From positions 10,540,001-10,604,000 of the forward strand of contig JAGIQG010000023.1 of the NCBI GenBank assembly GCA_024679065.1: a stretch of DNA of 64,000 bases, in the 5' to 3' direction. Under the pieces are notes generated by a model. It was not told the origin of the DNA and did no database searches. It saw nothing but the letters and a program-made list of their open reading frames with translations. Of the stretch, positions 52,360 through 62,598 are shown piece after piece. The position numbers and the translations under genes were made by a program. Position 1 is the first letter of the stretch. Each line of letters starts with the position of its first letter. This DNA is from Sphyrna mokarran (taxonomy: Eukaryota).

Positions 52360-54290
52360 TTCTATCTCCATAGTAACTTGGAATAAATCAAGGGTGACTC
52401 AATATGGTTTGAATCAATAAAGGTTTTATTGCCAACAATATGACATTCTTTCCTTCATCAGACTGAGCATTGAGTATAAAAGTTGGCAAATTATGTTACA
52501 GTTGTTTAAAACATCGGTTAGACCACATTTTGAAGACTGTGTCCAATTCTGGTTACCACACCATCAGAAGGATGTGGACGCTTTGGAGAGAGTGCAGAAG
52601 ATGTTTACCAGGATGTTACCTGGTATGGAGAGTATTAGCTATGAGAGATTGAATAAACTGGGATTGTTCTCTTTGGAAAGACAGAGGCTGAGGGATAACC
52701 TGGTAGAAGTGTATAAAGTTATGACAGGTATAGATAGGGGAACTTTTGGAAGCTTTTTCCCAGGGCAGAAAGGACAATTGCAAGTGAGCACAAGTTCAAA
52801 TGAAGGAGAGAAAGGTTCAGTGGAGATGTGTGGGGGAGGTTTTTACACAGAGGGTGGTGGAGATCTGGAATGCACTGCCAGTGAGGTGATTGAGGCACAT
52901 TTAAGAATTATATCGATAAGCTTAGGAACAAACGAGAAATGGAGGGATATAAGCAGTTTGTCTACATAAGTAAAGATGATCGGTGAAGGCAATAAGGTCA
53001 GAATGAATTACAATGCAAATCTACTAATTGGCTCCCTGGCTCCAACTGCAAAATGTTCCTCAACATTCTCTTGCTGATTGGCTCAGTTCCAGGCTTGAGA
53101 ATCCACAGGGCCTGACACAATCACATGACCTCGTATACAGTCTCCCATCCCAATTAAAGGGCCTTCCCTCTAAAATCTGAAATACAGCAATGGAGGAATA
53201 AAGAACAGGAAAACTCATCAAAGATTTAATCAGTCTGGAGGAATCCGGTCTCTGGTAGAGTTCCTCAATTCAGTGGTTTGCTCTCCTAAGTTTAAAGGGC
53301 TAGACGGGACAGAAAGGCAGATTCATTAATCCAGGATCTGGTGGATCTTTAGCAGCTTCTGGTTCCTCAGCCTCCACAGCCAGCGGTTGCTGCACTCCCA
53401 CATTCTCCAGCAAAATCCCAGTAACCAACTCCGGCAAAGTTTAACCAACTACAGGGAGCGCCTGTTGATCCTCTGTGTCCATCACTCTCTCCCCCTTCGA
53501 TAGTCTACCTACTTCCTGAGCCGACAGCCTTGTATCTCCACAACTTTACCACCCATTCAGGACAGGCCTGGTGTAAAATTTGGAAACAAGACTGCATCCC
53601 CGATTAAAACACTGTTTCCTTTTCTCCTTCTGAAAGACTAGCCTAGCCTGCACACTCTCTGCAAAATTTTGGAAAATCATGTCCAGTTGTGTTTTTAACT
53701 GGCATTGCATCAGCAACTCTGCTAGAGTCACCCCTGTGGTCACATTTGGGGTGCTGTTACAAAACAACAAAAAACTGTCCATACATAAAGGAAGAGGATA
53801 GTTTACTTGTTTTTTTATCAATGACTTGAATGCTTGTACCGCACACTTCACTGGTCCATTTGAAGCTGGATGGGAATGTGTTGACCTCACATGGTGAATG
53901 CTATTGGGCTTGAGGAATTTTTGGAATTCTTCCATAGTGAATGATGTGCCATTGTCTGACACAACCACTTCCGGAATGCCCTGGATAGCAGAGAATTTCC
54001 TCAATCTATCAATGGTGTCCATGGCTGTTGGGGAATTCATTAACTGCACATCCAACAACAACTAATATAAGAAACATATGACCCAGAAATGGCCCGGGCA
54101 AAATCTACATGTAACTTCCACCAAGATTGACGCCATTCCCAATGACGCAAATTCACCTGTGATGGTAAAGCCCGGTGATCTTCGTAACTCGGGCATTGAC
54201 GAACCATCGGTTCTGTTTCCGTGTCAATGCCTGGTGAAAACACATATGCCTGGGGCCCTCATTCTACTTTGACCAGGATGAGAGTGGTGT
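52360..54290 (-). mobile_element. Gypsy-type LTR retrotransposon remnant: integrase, PPT and 3' LTR (interrupted by a CR1 piece)
   Basis: ORFs 54040..54243 (WWKLHVDFA) and 53546..54061 (GIPEVVVSDNGTSF...HPASNG); purine tract ttttagagggaagg on - at about 53162-53175. Confidence 0.8.
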
Positions 54291-54540
54291 AGTCCTTCTA
54301 ACAGGAATTAAAGTTAAAGTCACAAGTAGGCTTACATTCACACTGCAATGGAGTTACTGTGAAAATTCCCTAGTTGCCACAATGAGGCGCATGTTTGGGT
54401 ACACAGAGAGAATTTAGCGTGGGCAATTCACCTAACCAGCACATCTTTGGAGTGTAAAGGAAATTGGAGCACCTGGAGGAAACCCATACAGACATGGGAA
54501 GAACATGCAGCTTTCTTAAAACGTTATGTTTCACCAACTG

Positions 54541-54867
54541 TTTTACGGACACAAACTGCCTCGATAGTGATGAAAGCTGCAGTGGGAGAAACCATCACTG
54601 TGGAATGTCCACAGACAACACAGCACAAACAACGAGAAATCTGGTGGTGTAAGGAAACTTCAGATAATAATTGCAATCTGATATCGCGCACTCATGGAGA
54701 TAGCATCAGAAATGATGATGGAAGAACATCGATTGTTAATACCGATGGCAAAATTTCTGTAAATATATTACAACTTAAGGAAACCGATACAGGAACATAC
54801 TGGTGTGAACCTCCATATCAAAACACATCACAGATTTCAGATGTTATATTACTGAAGGTTTTCTCAG
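54541..54867 (+). CDS. Gene C V-set Ig exon 3 (open, canonical acceptor mutated)
   Basis: caccaactg instead of caccaacag; WWCKETSDNNC, DTGTYWC; donor cag|gtaaga intact; in-frame AG at 54509-54510. Confidence 0.7.
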
Positions 54868-55203
54868 GTAAGAATCTTTCAGAAGATTGATTTTAGCTCT
54901 GATAATGTGATCTGGCTGCAATAACACAGGGCAGCTGCTGTGTGAACTCAAATTAATAAAATATCACAACTCCTCATGTGCAAATACTGACCTCCCATAT
55001 TCCCATTTCTATCCATTTCCATTAACCTATTTCTGCATCCTTTCCTTCTTTATTATCTTCCCTTTATACTCTTACAAAGCAAAAATCATATTTATCTAAA
55101 ACCTCTTTTATTCTTTCTTTCATGGGATGTGCCTAAAACACCTTTTATTGCCTATCTGTAATTACCCTTCAGAAGGTTGTGGTGAGCTGCCTTCTTCAAC
55201 TGC

Positions 55204-55451
55204 CATGATGTAGAGATGCCGGCGTTGGACTGGGGTAGTAAGAACTCAGTAAGAATTTAGCAACACCAATTTTAAATCCAACCGATTTATTTGATGATAA
55301 ATTTGTGAACTTTCGACACTCTGTGTCTTTGTCAGGCAAATGCAGTGTTCTTTGCCTGACAAAGACACAGAGTGTCGAAAGCTCGCAAATTTACTATCAA
55401 ATAAATCGGTTGGATTTAAAATTGGTGTTGCTAAATTCTTACTGAGTTCTT
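55204..55451. mobile_element. Inverted (palindromic) Penelope pLTR insertion with a 12-bp flanking direct repeat
   Basis: About 100-bp near-perfect inverted arms 55240-55340 / 55351-55451; ttcttcaactgc at 55192-55203 and 55447-55458; same family as 55982-56090. Confidence 0.9.
55351..55389 (+). ncRNA. Minimal type I hammerhead ribozyme motif (core G8 mutated)
   Basis: TTTGC CTGACAA A GACAC-aga-GTGTC GAAA GCTC GCAAA: stem I, core, stem II, palindromic AGCT stem III. Confidence 0.6.
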
Positions 55452-56044
55452 CAACTGCTGCAGCCCACGTGGTGTATGTACACCCACAGTGCTGTTAGGG
55501 AGGGAGTTCCAGGATTGAGCCAGTGACAGTAAAGGAACAGAGATAGATTCCCCAGTCTGGATGGTGCATGTTTTGGAGGGAAGCTTGTCAGTGATGATGT
55601 TCCCATACACCCACTTCTGTCCTCCTTCTAGGTGCTAGATTTGGAAGGAGATTTAATTCAATGCTGCGTGTCTCCATAGTAACTTTGTAATAAATTGAGG
55701 GCGACTCAGTGTGACTTGAACCAATAAATGCTTTATTGCCAACAATACAGATATATATACATGACAAGGTCAGACTGAATTACAATGACTCAACAACTTG
55801 GCTCCCTAGCTCCAACTGCGAGATGTTTCTCAACCCATGGTATAAACCTTCTTGCTGACTGGCTCAGCTTCTGGCCTAGACAATCCATAGTGTCCGGCAG
55901 GATCACATGTCTCTCGGGAATGCTTTTCCCCCTAACGAGACACCCTGCTCCAAAATTATCCCTAACTTCTGTTGGTATTCAAAGAACTCAGTAAGAATTT
56001 AGCAACACCAATTATTAATCCAACCGATTTATTTGATAGTAAAA

Positions 56045-56082
56045 TAGCGAGCTTTCAACACTCCCGTGTCTTCATCAGGCAA
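56045..56082 (-). ncRNA. Minimal hammerhead ribozyme motif in the 3' pLTR of the intact Penelope element
   Basis: - strand ttgc CTGATGA a gacac-ggga-gtgtt GAAA gctc gcta. Confidence 0.6.
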
Positions 56083-56295
56083 GTGCAGTGTTCTGGTCTG
56101 CAATAGCACACATCAGCACAGACAGTCAGAGATTGCTGATTAGAATGCGAATCCTTACATCTAACCTGCTATTCAAGTGTTAAAGTGGCTAACAATGTGT
56201 GTGAAGGGGATCCTGAGCATTGTTAGAGAGTTGTGTATTTTCTCCAGACAGCACAGTAAGTGAGGTTTTTTGCTAACCCAGGCAAGTTACGGGGG

Positions 56296-58977
56296 TTACA
56301 GATAGTGTGTCATGAAGCCAAGATCCCTGTTAAGACCGTCCTCATGTGTGCGGAGCTTGGCTATCAGTCTCTGTTCAGCGACTCTGCGCTGTCGTGTATC
56401 ACGAAAGCCCCCTTGAAGAACATTTACCCGCAGGTCGGAGGCCGAATGCCCATGACTGCTGAAGTGTTCACCCACAGGAAGGGAACTGTTTTGCCTGGTG
56501 ATTGTTGAGCGATGCTCATTCATCCGCTGTCGTAGTGTTTGCATGGTCTCCCCAATATACCATGCTTCGGGACATCCTTTCTTGCAACGTATTAGGTAGA
56601 CAACGTTGGCCGAGTTGCAAGAGTATGTACCGTGCATCTGGTGAATGGTATCCTCACGTTTGATGATGTCGTCCATGTCTATGATCCGGCATGTCTTGCA
56701 GAGGTTGCTGTGGCAGGGTTGTGTGGTATTGTGGTCACTGTTCTCCTGAAGGTTGGGTAGTTTGCTGCGAACAATGATCTGTTTGAGGTTGTGCGGTTGT
56801 CTGAAAGCAAGAAGTGGGGGGGTGGGGATGGCCCTAGCGAGATGTTCATCGTCATCAATGATATGTTGAAGACTCCGGAGAAGATGTCGTAGCTTCTCCG
56901 CTCCGGGGAAGTACTGGACAACAAAGGGTACTCTGTCCACCGTGTCCCGTGTTCGTCTTCTGAGGAGATCAGTGCGGTTTATCGTTGTGGCACGTTGGAA
57001 CTGTCGATCGATGAGTCGAGCGCCATATCCTGTTCTCACGAGTGCATCCTTCAGTGTCTGGAGGTGTCTGTCACGATCCTCCTCATCTGAGCAAATTCTG
57101 TGTATACGGAGGGCTTGTCCATAGGGAATGGCTTCTTTAACGTGTCTAGGGTGGAAGCTGGAGAAGTGGAGCATTGTGAGGTTGTCTGTCGGTTTGCGGT
57201 ACAGTGAGGTGCTGAGGTGACCGTCCTTGATGGAGATGCGTGTGTCCAAGAATGCAACTGATTCTGGAGAATAGTCCATGGTGAGTCTGATGGTGGGATG
57301 GAACTTGTTGATATCATCATACAGTTGTTTCAATGATTGTTCACCATGAGTCCAAAGGAAAAAGATGTCATCAATGTATCTAGTATATAACCTTGGTTGG
57401 AGATCTTGTGTGGTGAAGAAGTCTTGTTCGAACCTGTGCATGAAGATGTTGGCATACTGAGGTGCGAATTTGGTCCCCATGGCTGTTCCGTGTGTCTGGA
57501 TGAAAAGCTGATTGTTGAAGGTGAAGACATTGTGGTCCAAGATGAAGCGGATGAGTTGTAAAATTGCATCTGGAAACTGGCAGTTGTTGGCATTGAGTAC
57601 TGAGGCAGTTGCAGCAATACCATCGTCGTGGGGGATGTTGGTGTAGAGCGCCGAGACATCCATTGTGACAAGGAGTGTCCCTGTTTCTACTGCTCCATGT
57701 GTGCTGAGTTTCTGCAGGAAGTCCGTAGTGTCAAGACAAAAGCTGGGGGTTCTTTGTACGATGGGTTTCAGGATGCCCTCGATATAGCCGGAGAGGTTCT
57801 CACACAGGGTCCCGTTGCCCGATACGATGGGACGGCCGGGTATGTTTGCCTTGTGTATCTTTGGAAGGCAGTAGAGATCTCCAATGCGGGGAGTACGTGG
57901 AATGAGAGCCCGGAGGGTGTTCTGAAGGTCCGGATCAAAGGTTTTGATCAGAGTGTTGAGTTGACGAGTGTGTTCTTTGGTTGGATCTGCTGGTAACTGT
58001 CTGTAGTGTTTCTCATTGTTTAGTTGTCGGTACACTTCTTCACAGTAATCCGTTCTGTTCAGTATGACGGTGGCGCCTCCTTTGTCTGCTGGTTTGATGA
58101 CAATGTTGCGGTTGGTCTTGAGAGCACGGATGGCCTTGCTTTGTGCTTGGGTGATGTTCGGGACTGTCTTGTAAGTGCGGTTGATGAATCTGGTGTTCAC
58201 ACACCTCCTGATGGCTTGGGCATACATGTCCAGTCGGGGGCAGCGGCCTTCCGGAGGAGTCCAATTGGATTCATTCCTCTTCGGTTGCTGCACTGCGGAT
58301 CCCTCTGTCGGCTGTTCTGGTTCATTCGCTATCTCATTGAGTCCACTATTGGCCTCTTGGGGTTTGTGGAAGAACTCACGCAGCCTCATTCGCCTGATGA
58401 ATTCCTCTGTGTCCGCTGCGAGACTGATGGGATCCATTTTGGTGGTGGGACAGAAATTGAGCCCTCGGCTGAGAACTTCGATTTCCTCTGATTGAAGTGT
58501 GTAGTCCGACAAGTTAACAATGGACCTCCCTGCGGTAGTGTTGTTTTCTACTGTGGTGCCAAGGGAGGTTTGGTTGTTGCTGGTGGCGATGCCGAGTTTT
58601 TCAAGTTTCCTGTTCTTGGTGTGCATGTAAATGGTGTAGTTTCTTTGTCTCATCTGCTTGGCAAAGTTTCGCAGCTGGTCTGCGTCCTGAGTGCAAGTTG
58701 AGAATATGTATTCCATTTTACTTTCCAGGGTGCGGCGTTTGCTATAGAGCTGGTGTATGAGGTGATTGAGGAGTGTGAGAGAGGTGCGACGGCAAAGCCT
58801 CTCAGCGTAGTCCGTGTTATAGGTTGACCTGAGTGGGTTCGTGATCTGTAGTCCCTTTGGTATCCTGTCTGCTTTCTTGCATCTCTGTAGAAACTTGATG
58901 TCTGTGTCGATATGTGCAATCCTCTTGGAGATCCTCTCCACTTGGATCCGGCAGTATGCGGTGTCGATAGTAGTCAT
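56296..58977 (-). CDS. Penelope RT plus GIY-YIG endonuclease polyprotein, 893 aa
   Basis: IKPADKGG, LPKIHK, PGRPIVS, MDVSALYT, GTAMG, RYIDDIF; linker CHSNLCKTC; NVVYLIRC...WYIGET...RMNEH...GLN. Confidence 0.97.
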   Translation of the reverse strand: MTTIDTAYCRIQVERISKRIAHIDTDIKFLQRCKKADRIPKGLQITNPLRSTYNTDYAERLCRRTSLTLLNHLIHQLYSKRRTLESKMEYIFSTCTQDADQLRNFAKQMRQRNYTIYMHTKNRKLEKLGIATSNNQTSLGTTVENNTTAGRSIVNLSDYTLQSEEIEVLSRGLNFCPTTKMDPISLAADTEEFIRRMRLREFFHKPQEANSGLNEIANEPEQPTEGSAVQQPKRNESNWTPPEGRCPRLDMYAQAIRRCVNTRFINRTYKTVPNITQAQSKAIRALKTNRNIVIKPADKGGATVILNRTDYCEEVYRQLNNEKHYRQLPADPTKEHTRQLNTLIKTFDPDLQNTLRALIPRTPRIGDLYCLPKIHKANIPGRPIVSGNGTLCENLSGYIEGILKPIVQRTPSFCLDTTDFLQKLSTHGAVETGTLLVTMDVSALYTNIPHDDGIAATASVLNANNCQFPDAILQLIRFILDHNVFTFNNQLFIQTHGTAMGTKFAPQYANIFMHRFEQDFFTTQDLQPRLYTRYIDDIFFLWTHGEQSLKQLYDDINKFHPTIRLTMDYSPESVAFLDTRISIKDGHLSTSLYRKPTDNLTMLHFSSFHPRHVKEAIPYGQALRIHRICSDEEDRDRHLQTLKDALVRTGYGARLIDRQFQRATTINRTDLLRRRTRDTVDRVPFVVQYFPGAEKLRHLLRSLQHIIDDDEHLARAIPTPPLLAFRQPHNLKQIIVRSKLPNLQENSDHNTTQPCHSNLCKTCRIIDMDDIIKREDTIHQMHGTYSCNSANVVYLIRCKKGCPEAWYIGETMQTLRQRMNEHRSTITRQNSSLPVGEHFSSHGHSASDLRVNVLQGGFRDTRQRRVAEQRLIAKLRTHEDGLNRDLGFMTHYL

Positions 58978-59047
58978 GATGTAAAGATGCCGGTATTCAA
59001 AGAAACAGGTCTACAATTCTTTAAGACACATAAGCACCTGAGTAATA

Positions 59048-59080
<33 letters not shown>

Positions 59081-59582
59081 CTACCATATCTGAACTCAGC
59101 AAGACTTTCCCATTCCCCAAACAACCTCCACCTAAAACAAATTTATAAGCAAAATCCAGCCTGTTATTACCACTCAATACCAGGAGGGTGATCCAGTTTG
59201 GGAATTGCCTGCCTGGTTTAGCAAAGACAGATAAACTGCCTTTATGAAGGTTTCTGCAATAAGTTAGCTGTATCACTTTAGAAGTGGCTTCCTTTATTAG
59301 CTAGTTTGCTGTTGGATGTTATCCTGGCCTTCCTGTGACATGTTAAAACCAATCTTCCTGTGACACATTAAAAATCACGTTCCTATAAGTGTTAAAACTG
59401 ACCTGTCTGCTTTTGAGAGTTGGTGATTATACCCTGGTTATCTTTGATCCTGCTCACTGTATTATGGATTGTCTGTCTATCCCACATTCCTTGATCCTCG
59501 AAAATTAGGATCTGTATGCCACTCCTGATACCACAGATATTTCGGTAAACAATTTCCTAATAGGGCCATTTACGTCTGATCT

Positions 59583-62500
59583 TATTATTATTATTATTAT
59601 TATTTTTTTTTTTATTAAGCAACACAGCACGGGAAACAGGCCCTTCGGCCCAACGAGCCCGCGCCACCGTAATACCAAATACATTATCCTATTTTAATAT
59701 TCCTATATAATAATATATATATTAATCCTAATTTGGAAAATTTTCACCATAGGGACAATTTGTTACCCAATCAGCCTAAGAGCGAATTTTTGGGTTGTGG
59801 GAGGAAACCGGAGTGCCCGGAGAAAACCCACGCAACCACGGGGAGAACGCGCAAACTCCCGCAGACACCGGCCCAATTCCAAGTGTCTGCACAGCCACAT
59901 CGATAGTCTCTGAGCTGTCATGGTGCCCTTCAGGTGGTCCACATAAAGCACTCATATACGACATGAGGTACCAGGCAACCCATGAATCAACATCCAAGAG
60001 CTGTACCCGCACCACCTGCCGAATGCGTGCTCAAATTATGGACCGAATTACCTGTGGAAAAAAGCCGTAGTTAAACAGTCCTAATATATCCCTCTATCTG
60101 CATACCGCTCATGTGGCTGTCCAAGAGACCCTTAAACAGCCCCAGCGTGCCTGCTCCCACCACCTTACTCGGCAGTGCATTCCACACCCCCACTACCCTT
60201 TGTGTGAAAAACTGCCCTCTAATATTCGTCCTATACATAGCCCCCCTCACCCTATGGCCATGACCTCTCGTCCTATCCATTTCTAAAGGTGGAAAAAGTT
60301 TACCTCCATTTACTCTATCTATACCCCTTATAATCTTATACACCTCTATGAGATCCCCTCTAAGCCGACGTCTTTCAAGGGAAAACAACCCCAGTCTATC
60401 TAATCGTTCCTCATAGGACAGTCCTTCCATACCAGGCAGCATCCTGGTAAACCTCCTCTGCACTCTCTCCAAGGACTCCACATCCTTCCGATAGTACGGA
60501 GACCAGAACTGGGCGCAGTATTCCAAGTGAGGCCTAACCAAAGTTGTATACAACTGCAACATCAAACTCCTACTCTTATATTCTATACCCTTTTCTATGA
60601 AAGCTAACATACTATACGCCTTCTTTGTCACCTTCTCCACCTGTGAGGACACCTTCAGAGACTTGTGAACCTGCACCCCCAAGTCTCTCTGCGTCTCTAT
60701 GCTCCTTATAGTTTTACCTTTTATCCTATAATTCTCTTCTACATTTTTCCGGCCAAAATGCATCACCTCGCATTTTTCCGGATTAAATTCCATTTGCCAT
60801 CTATCTGCCCAATCTACCAACCTGTCTATGTCCTGTTGTATTGCCTGACACTGCTCTTCTGTACCCGCCAATCCAAGCATCTTGGTGTCATCAGCAAATT
60901 TGCTGATCTCACCACCTACCCCTACTTCCAAGTCGTTTATGTAGACCACAAATAGAAGAGGACCTAGTACTGAGCCTTGTGGCACTCCACTAGTGACAGG
61001 CTTCCAGCTGGAAAAAGAGCCTTCCACTACTACCCTCTGTCTCCTCCTTCCGAGCCAGTTTTCGACCCATCTACATACCCGACCCTGTATCCCATGCGCC
61101 TTCACCTTCTCTATCAGTCTACCATGAGGAACCTTGTCAAACGCCTTACTGAAATCCATGTAGACGACATCAACAGCCTGTCCTTCATCAACTGTTTTTG
61201 TCACTTCTTCAAAAAATTCCACCAGATTCGTAAGACAAGACTTCCCCTTGACGAAGCCATGCTGCGTATCCCTGATCAGATCGCAGCGCTCCAGATGCTC
61301 ATACATCCTGTCCCTAAGGATCCTCTCCATTAGCTTACCTATAACTGAAGTCAAGCTCACCGGCCTATAGTTCCCTGGGTGATCCCTCTGACCTTTTTTA
61401 AACAACGGTACTACGTTTGCTATCCTCCAGTCCTCTGGGACCTCACCTGTGTCCAAGGAAGAGACAAAGATTTGCGTCAGAGGCCCAGCCAAGTCTTCCC
61501 TCAACTCCCTTAGCAGCCTGGGGTAAATGCCATCAGGCCCCGGAGCTTTATATGTCTTTAAGCTGCCTAACAGCCCCAACACCTCTTTCCTCGTAATCCT
61601 TATTTCCCTCAACCAATCCTCAACTTTGTCAACATCAGGCACAGACATCTGTCCAGTCTCCTGCGTGAATACCGACGCAAAGTATTCATTCAGGATCTCC
61701 CCCATTCCCTCAGGCTCTAAGCATAGATCCCCTCCACTGTCCCTAAGAGGTCCAATCTTGCCTCTAACCATCCTTTTGCTCCTTACATAGGTGTAAAATG
61801 CCTTTGGATTTTCTTTAATCCTACCTGCCAGAGCCACCTCATGGCCCCTTTTTGCCTTTCTAATACCCCTTTTTAGATCCCGTCTACACTCTCTATAAGC
61901 TTCCAGCGCTATCTCAGTCCCTAGTTGCCTAGATCTAATGTAAGCCTCTCTCTTTTTCTTGATCAAGTCCTCAATCTCCCTGGTAAGCCAAGGTTCTCTA
62001 ATCCTACCTTTCCCATCCTTCCTCCTTGCCGGCACATATCTTTCCTGCAGAGAGTTTAGTTTTCCCTTGAAAGACTCCCACATGTACCTCGTCGACCTGC
62101 CCTCAAAAAGCTTATCCCAATCCGTATCTTTAAGATCTTGCCTAATCTGGCCGTATCTAGCCCTCCCCCAGTTAAATACCCTCCCTTTTGGGCCAGTCTC
62201 ATCCTTTTCCATTAATATCCTAAAGCAGACAGAGTTGTGATCACTATTTGACACCTGCTCTCCTACCTCGACGTCAACCACCTGGCCTGGCTCATTCCCC
62301 AGAACCAAATCCAGTATAGCCCCCTCTCTAGTCGGGCCATCCACATACTGCTCCAAGGACCCTTCCAAAACACACTGTACAAATTCCTCCCCATCCACTC
62401 CTACAGCCCTGGGCACACTCCAATCTACTCCAGGAAAATTGAAATCTCCCACCACTACCACCCTATTTTTCCTACACTTATCTAAAATGTCCCTGCATAT

Positions 62501-62598
62501 CCCTTCTTCCACAGCCTGCGGGCTGTTGGGCGGTCTGTAGTAAACACCCAACAGAGTAACCACTCCCTTCCTATTCCTCAACTCCACCCATAGAGACT
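59583..62598 (-). mobile_element. Young 5'-truncated CR1 LINE with V-SINE core in the 3' UTR and an A/(TAA)n tail
   Basis: Uninterrupted ORF2 remainder; V-domain at about 59790-59870; tail 59583-59616. Confidence 0.97.
60071..62587 (-). CDS. CR1 ORF2 (partial APE endonuclease plus reverse transcriptase), 838 aa
   Basis: VGDFNF, SDHN, KAPGPDG, QHGFVKGKSCLTNL, GVPQGSVLGP, KFADDTK; no stops. Confidence 0.95.
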   Translation of the reverse strand: MELRNRKGVVTLLGVYYRPPNSPQAVEEGICRDILDKCRKNRVVVVGDFNFPGVDWSVPRAVGVDGEEFVQCVLEGSLEQYVDGPTREGAILDLVLGNEPGQVVDVEVGEQVSNSDHNSVCFRILMEKDETGPKGRVFNWGRARYGQIRQDLKDTDWDKLFEGRSTRYMWESFKGKLNSLQERYVPARRKDGKGRIREPWLTREIEDLIKKKREAYIRSRQLGTEIALEAYRECRRDLKRGIRKAKRGHEVALAGRIKENPKAFYTYVRSKRMVRGKIGPLRDSGGDLCLEPEGMGEILNEYFASVFTQETGQMSVPDVDKVEDWLREIRITRKEVLGLLGSLKTYKAPGPDGIYPRLLRELREDLAGPLTQIFVSSLDTGEVPEDWRIANVVPLFKKGQRDHPGNYRPVSLTSVIGKLMERILRDRMYEHLERCDLIRDTQHGFVKGKSCLTNLVEFFEEVTKTVDEGQAVDVVYMDFSKAFDKVPHGRLIEKVKAHGIQGRVCRWVENWLGRRRQRVVVEGSFSSWKPVTSGVPQGSVLGPLLFVVYINDLEVGVGGEISKFADDTKMLGLAGTEEQCQAIQQDIDRLVDWADRWQMEFNPEKCEVMHFGRKNVEENYRIKGKTIRSIETQRDLGVQVHKSLKVSSQVEKVTKKAYSMLAFIEKGIEYKSRSLMLQLYTTLVRPHLEYCAQFWSPYYRKDVESLERVQRRFTRMLPGMEGLSYEERLDRLGLFSLERRRLRGDLIEVYKIIRGIDRVNGGKLFPPLEMDRTRGHGHRVRGAMYRTNIRGQFFTQRVVGVWNALPSKVVGAGTLGLFKGLLDSHMSGMQIEGYIRTV

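Larger units (their letters stand above)
47935..55920 (+). repeat. Tandem triplication of a ~2.6 kb V-exon unit (47935-50550, 50636-53160, 54511-55920)
   Basis: Colinear introns, V exons and downstream LTR-like sequence in the three units. Confidence 0.9.
55982..58993 (-). mobile_element. Penelope-like retroelement (Neptune-type), coding-intact
   Basis: Single intact ORF, 3' pLTR with hammerhead motif, flanked by direct repeat ggtattcaaagaa (55974-55986, 58992-59004). Confidence 0.95.

Noticed and set aside
48985-54867. V exons as rearranging Ig/TCR segments
   Set aside because: Each ends in a splice donor after a complete G strand with no RSS heptamer/nonamer; Cx7C marks the CD300/pIgR family
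56679-58919. Several overlapping ORFs within the Penelope element
   Set aside because: Shadow frames of the 893-aa ORF
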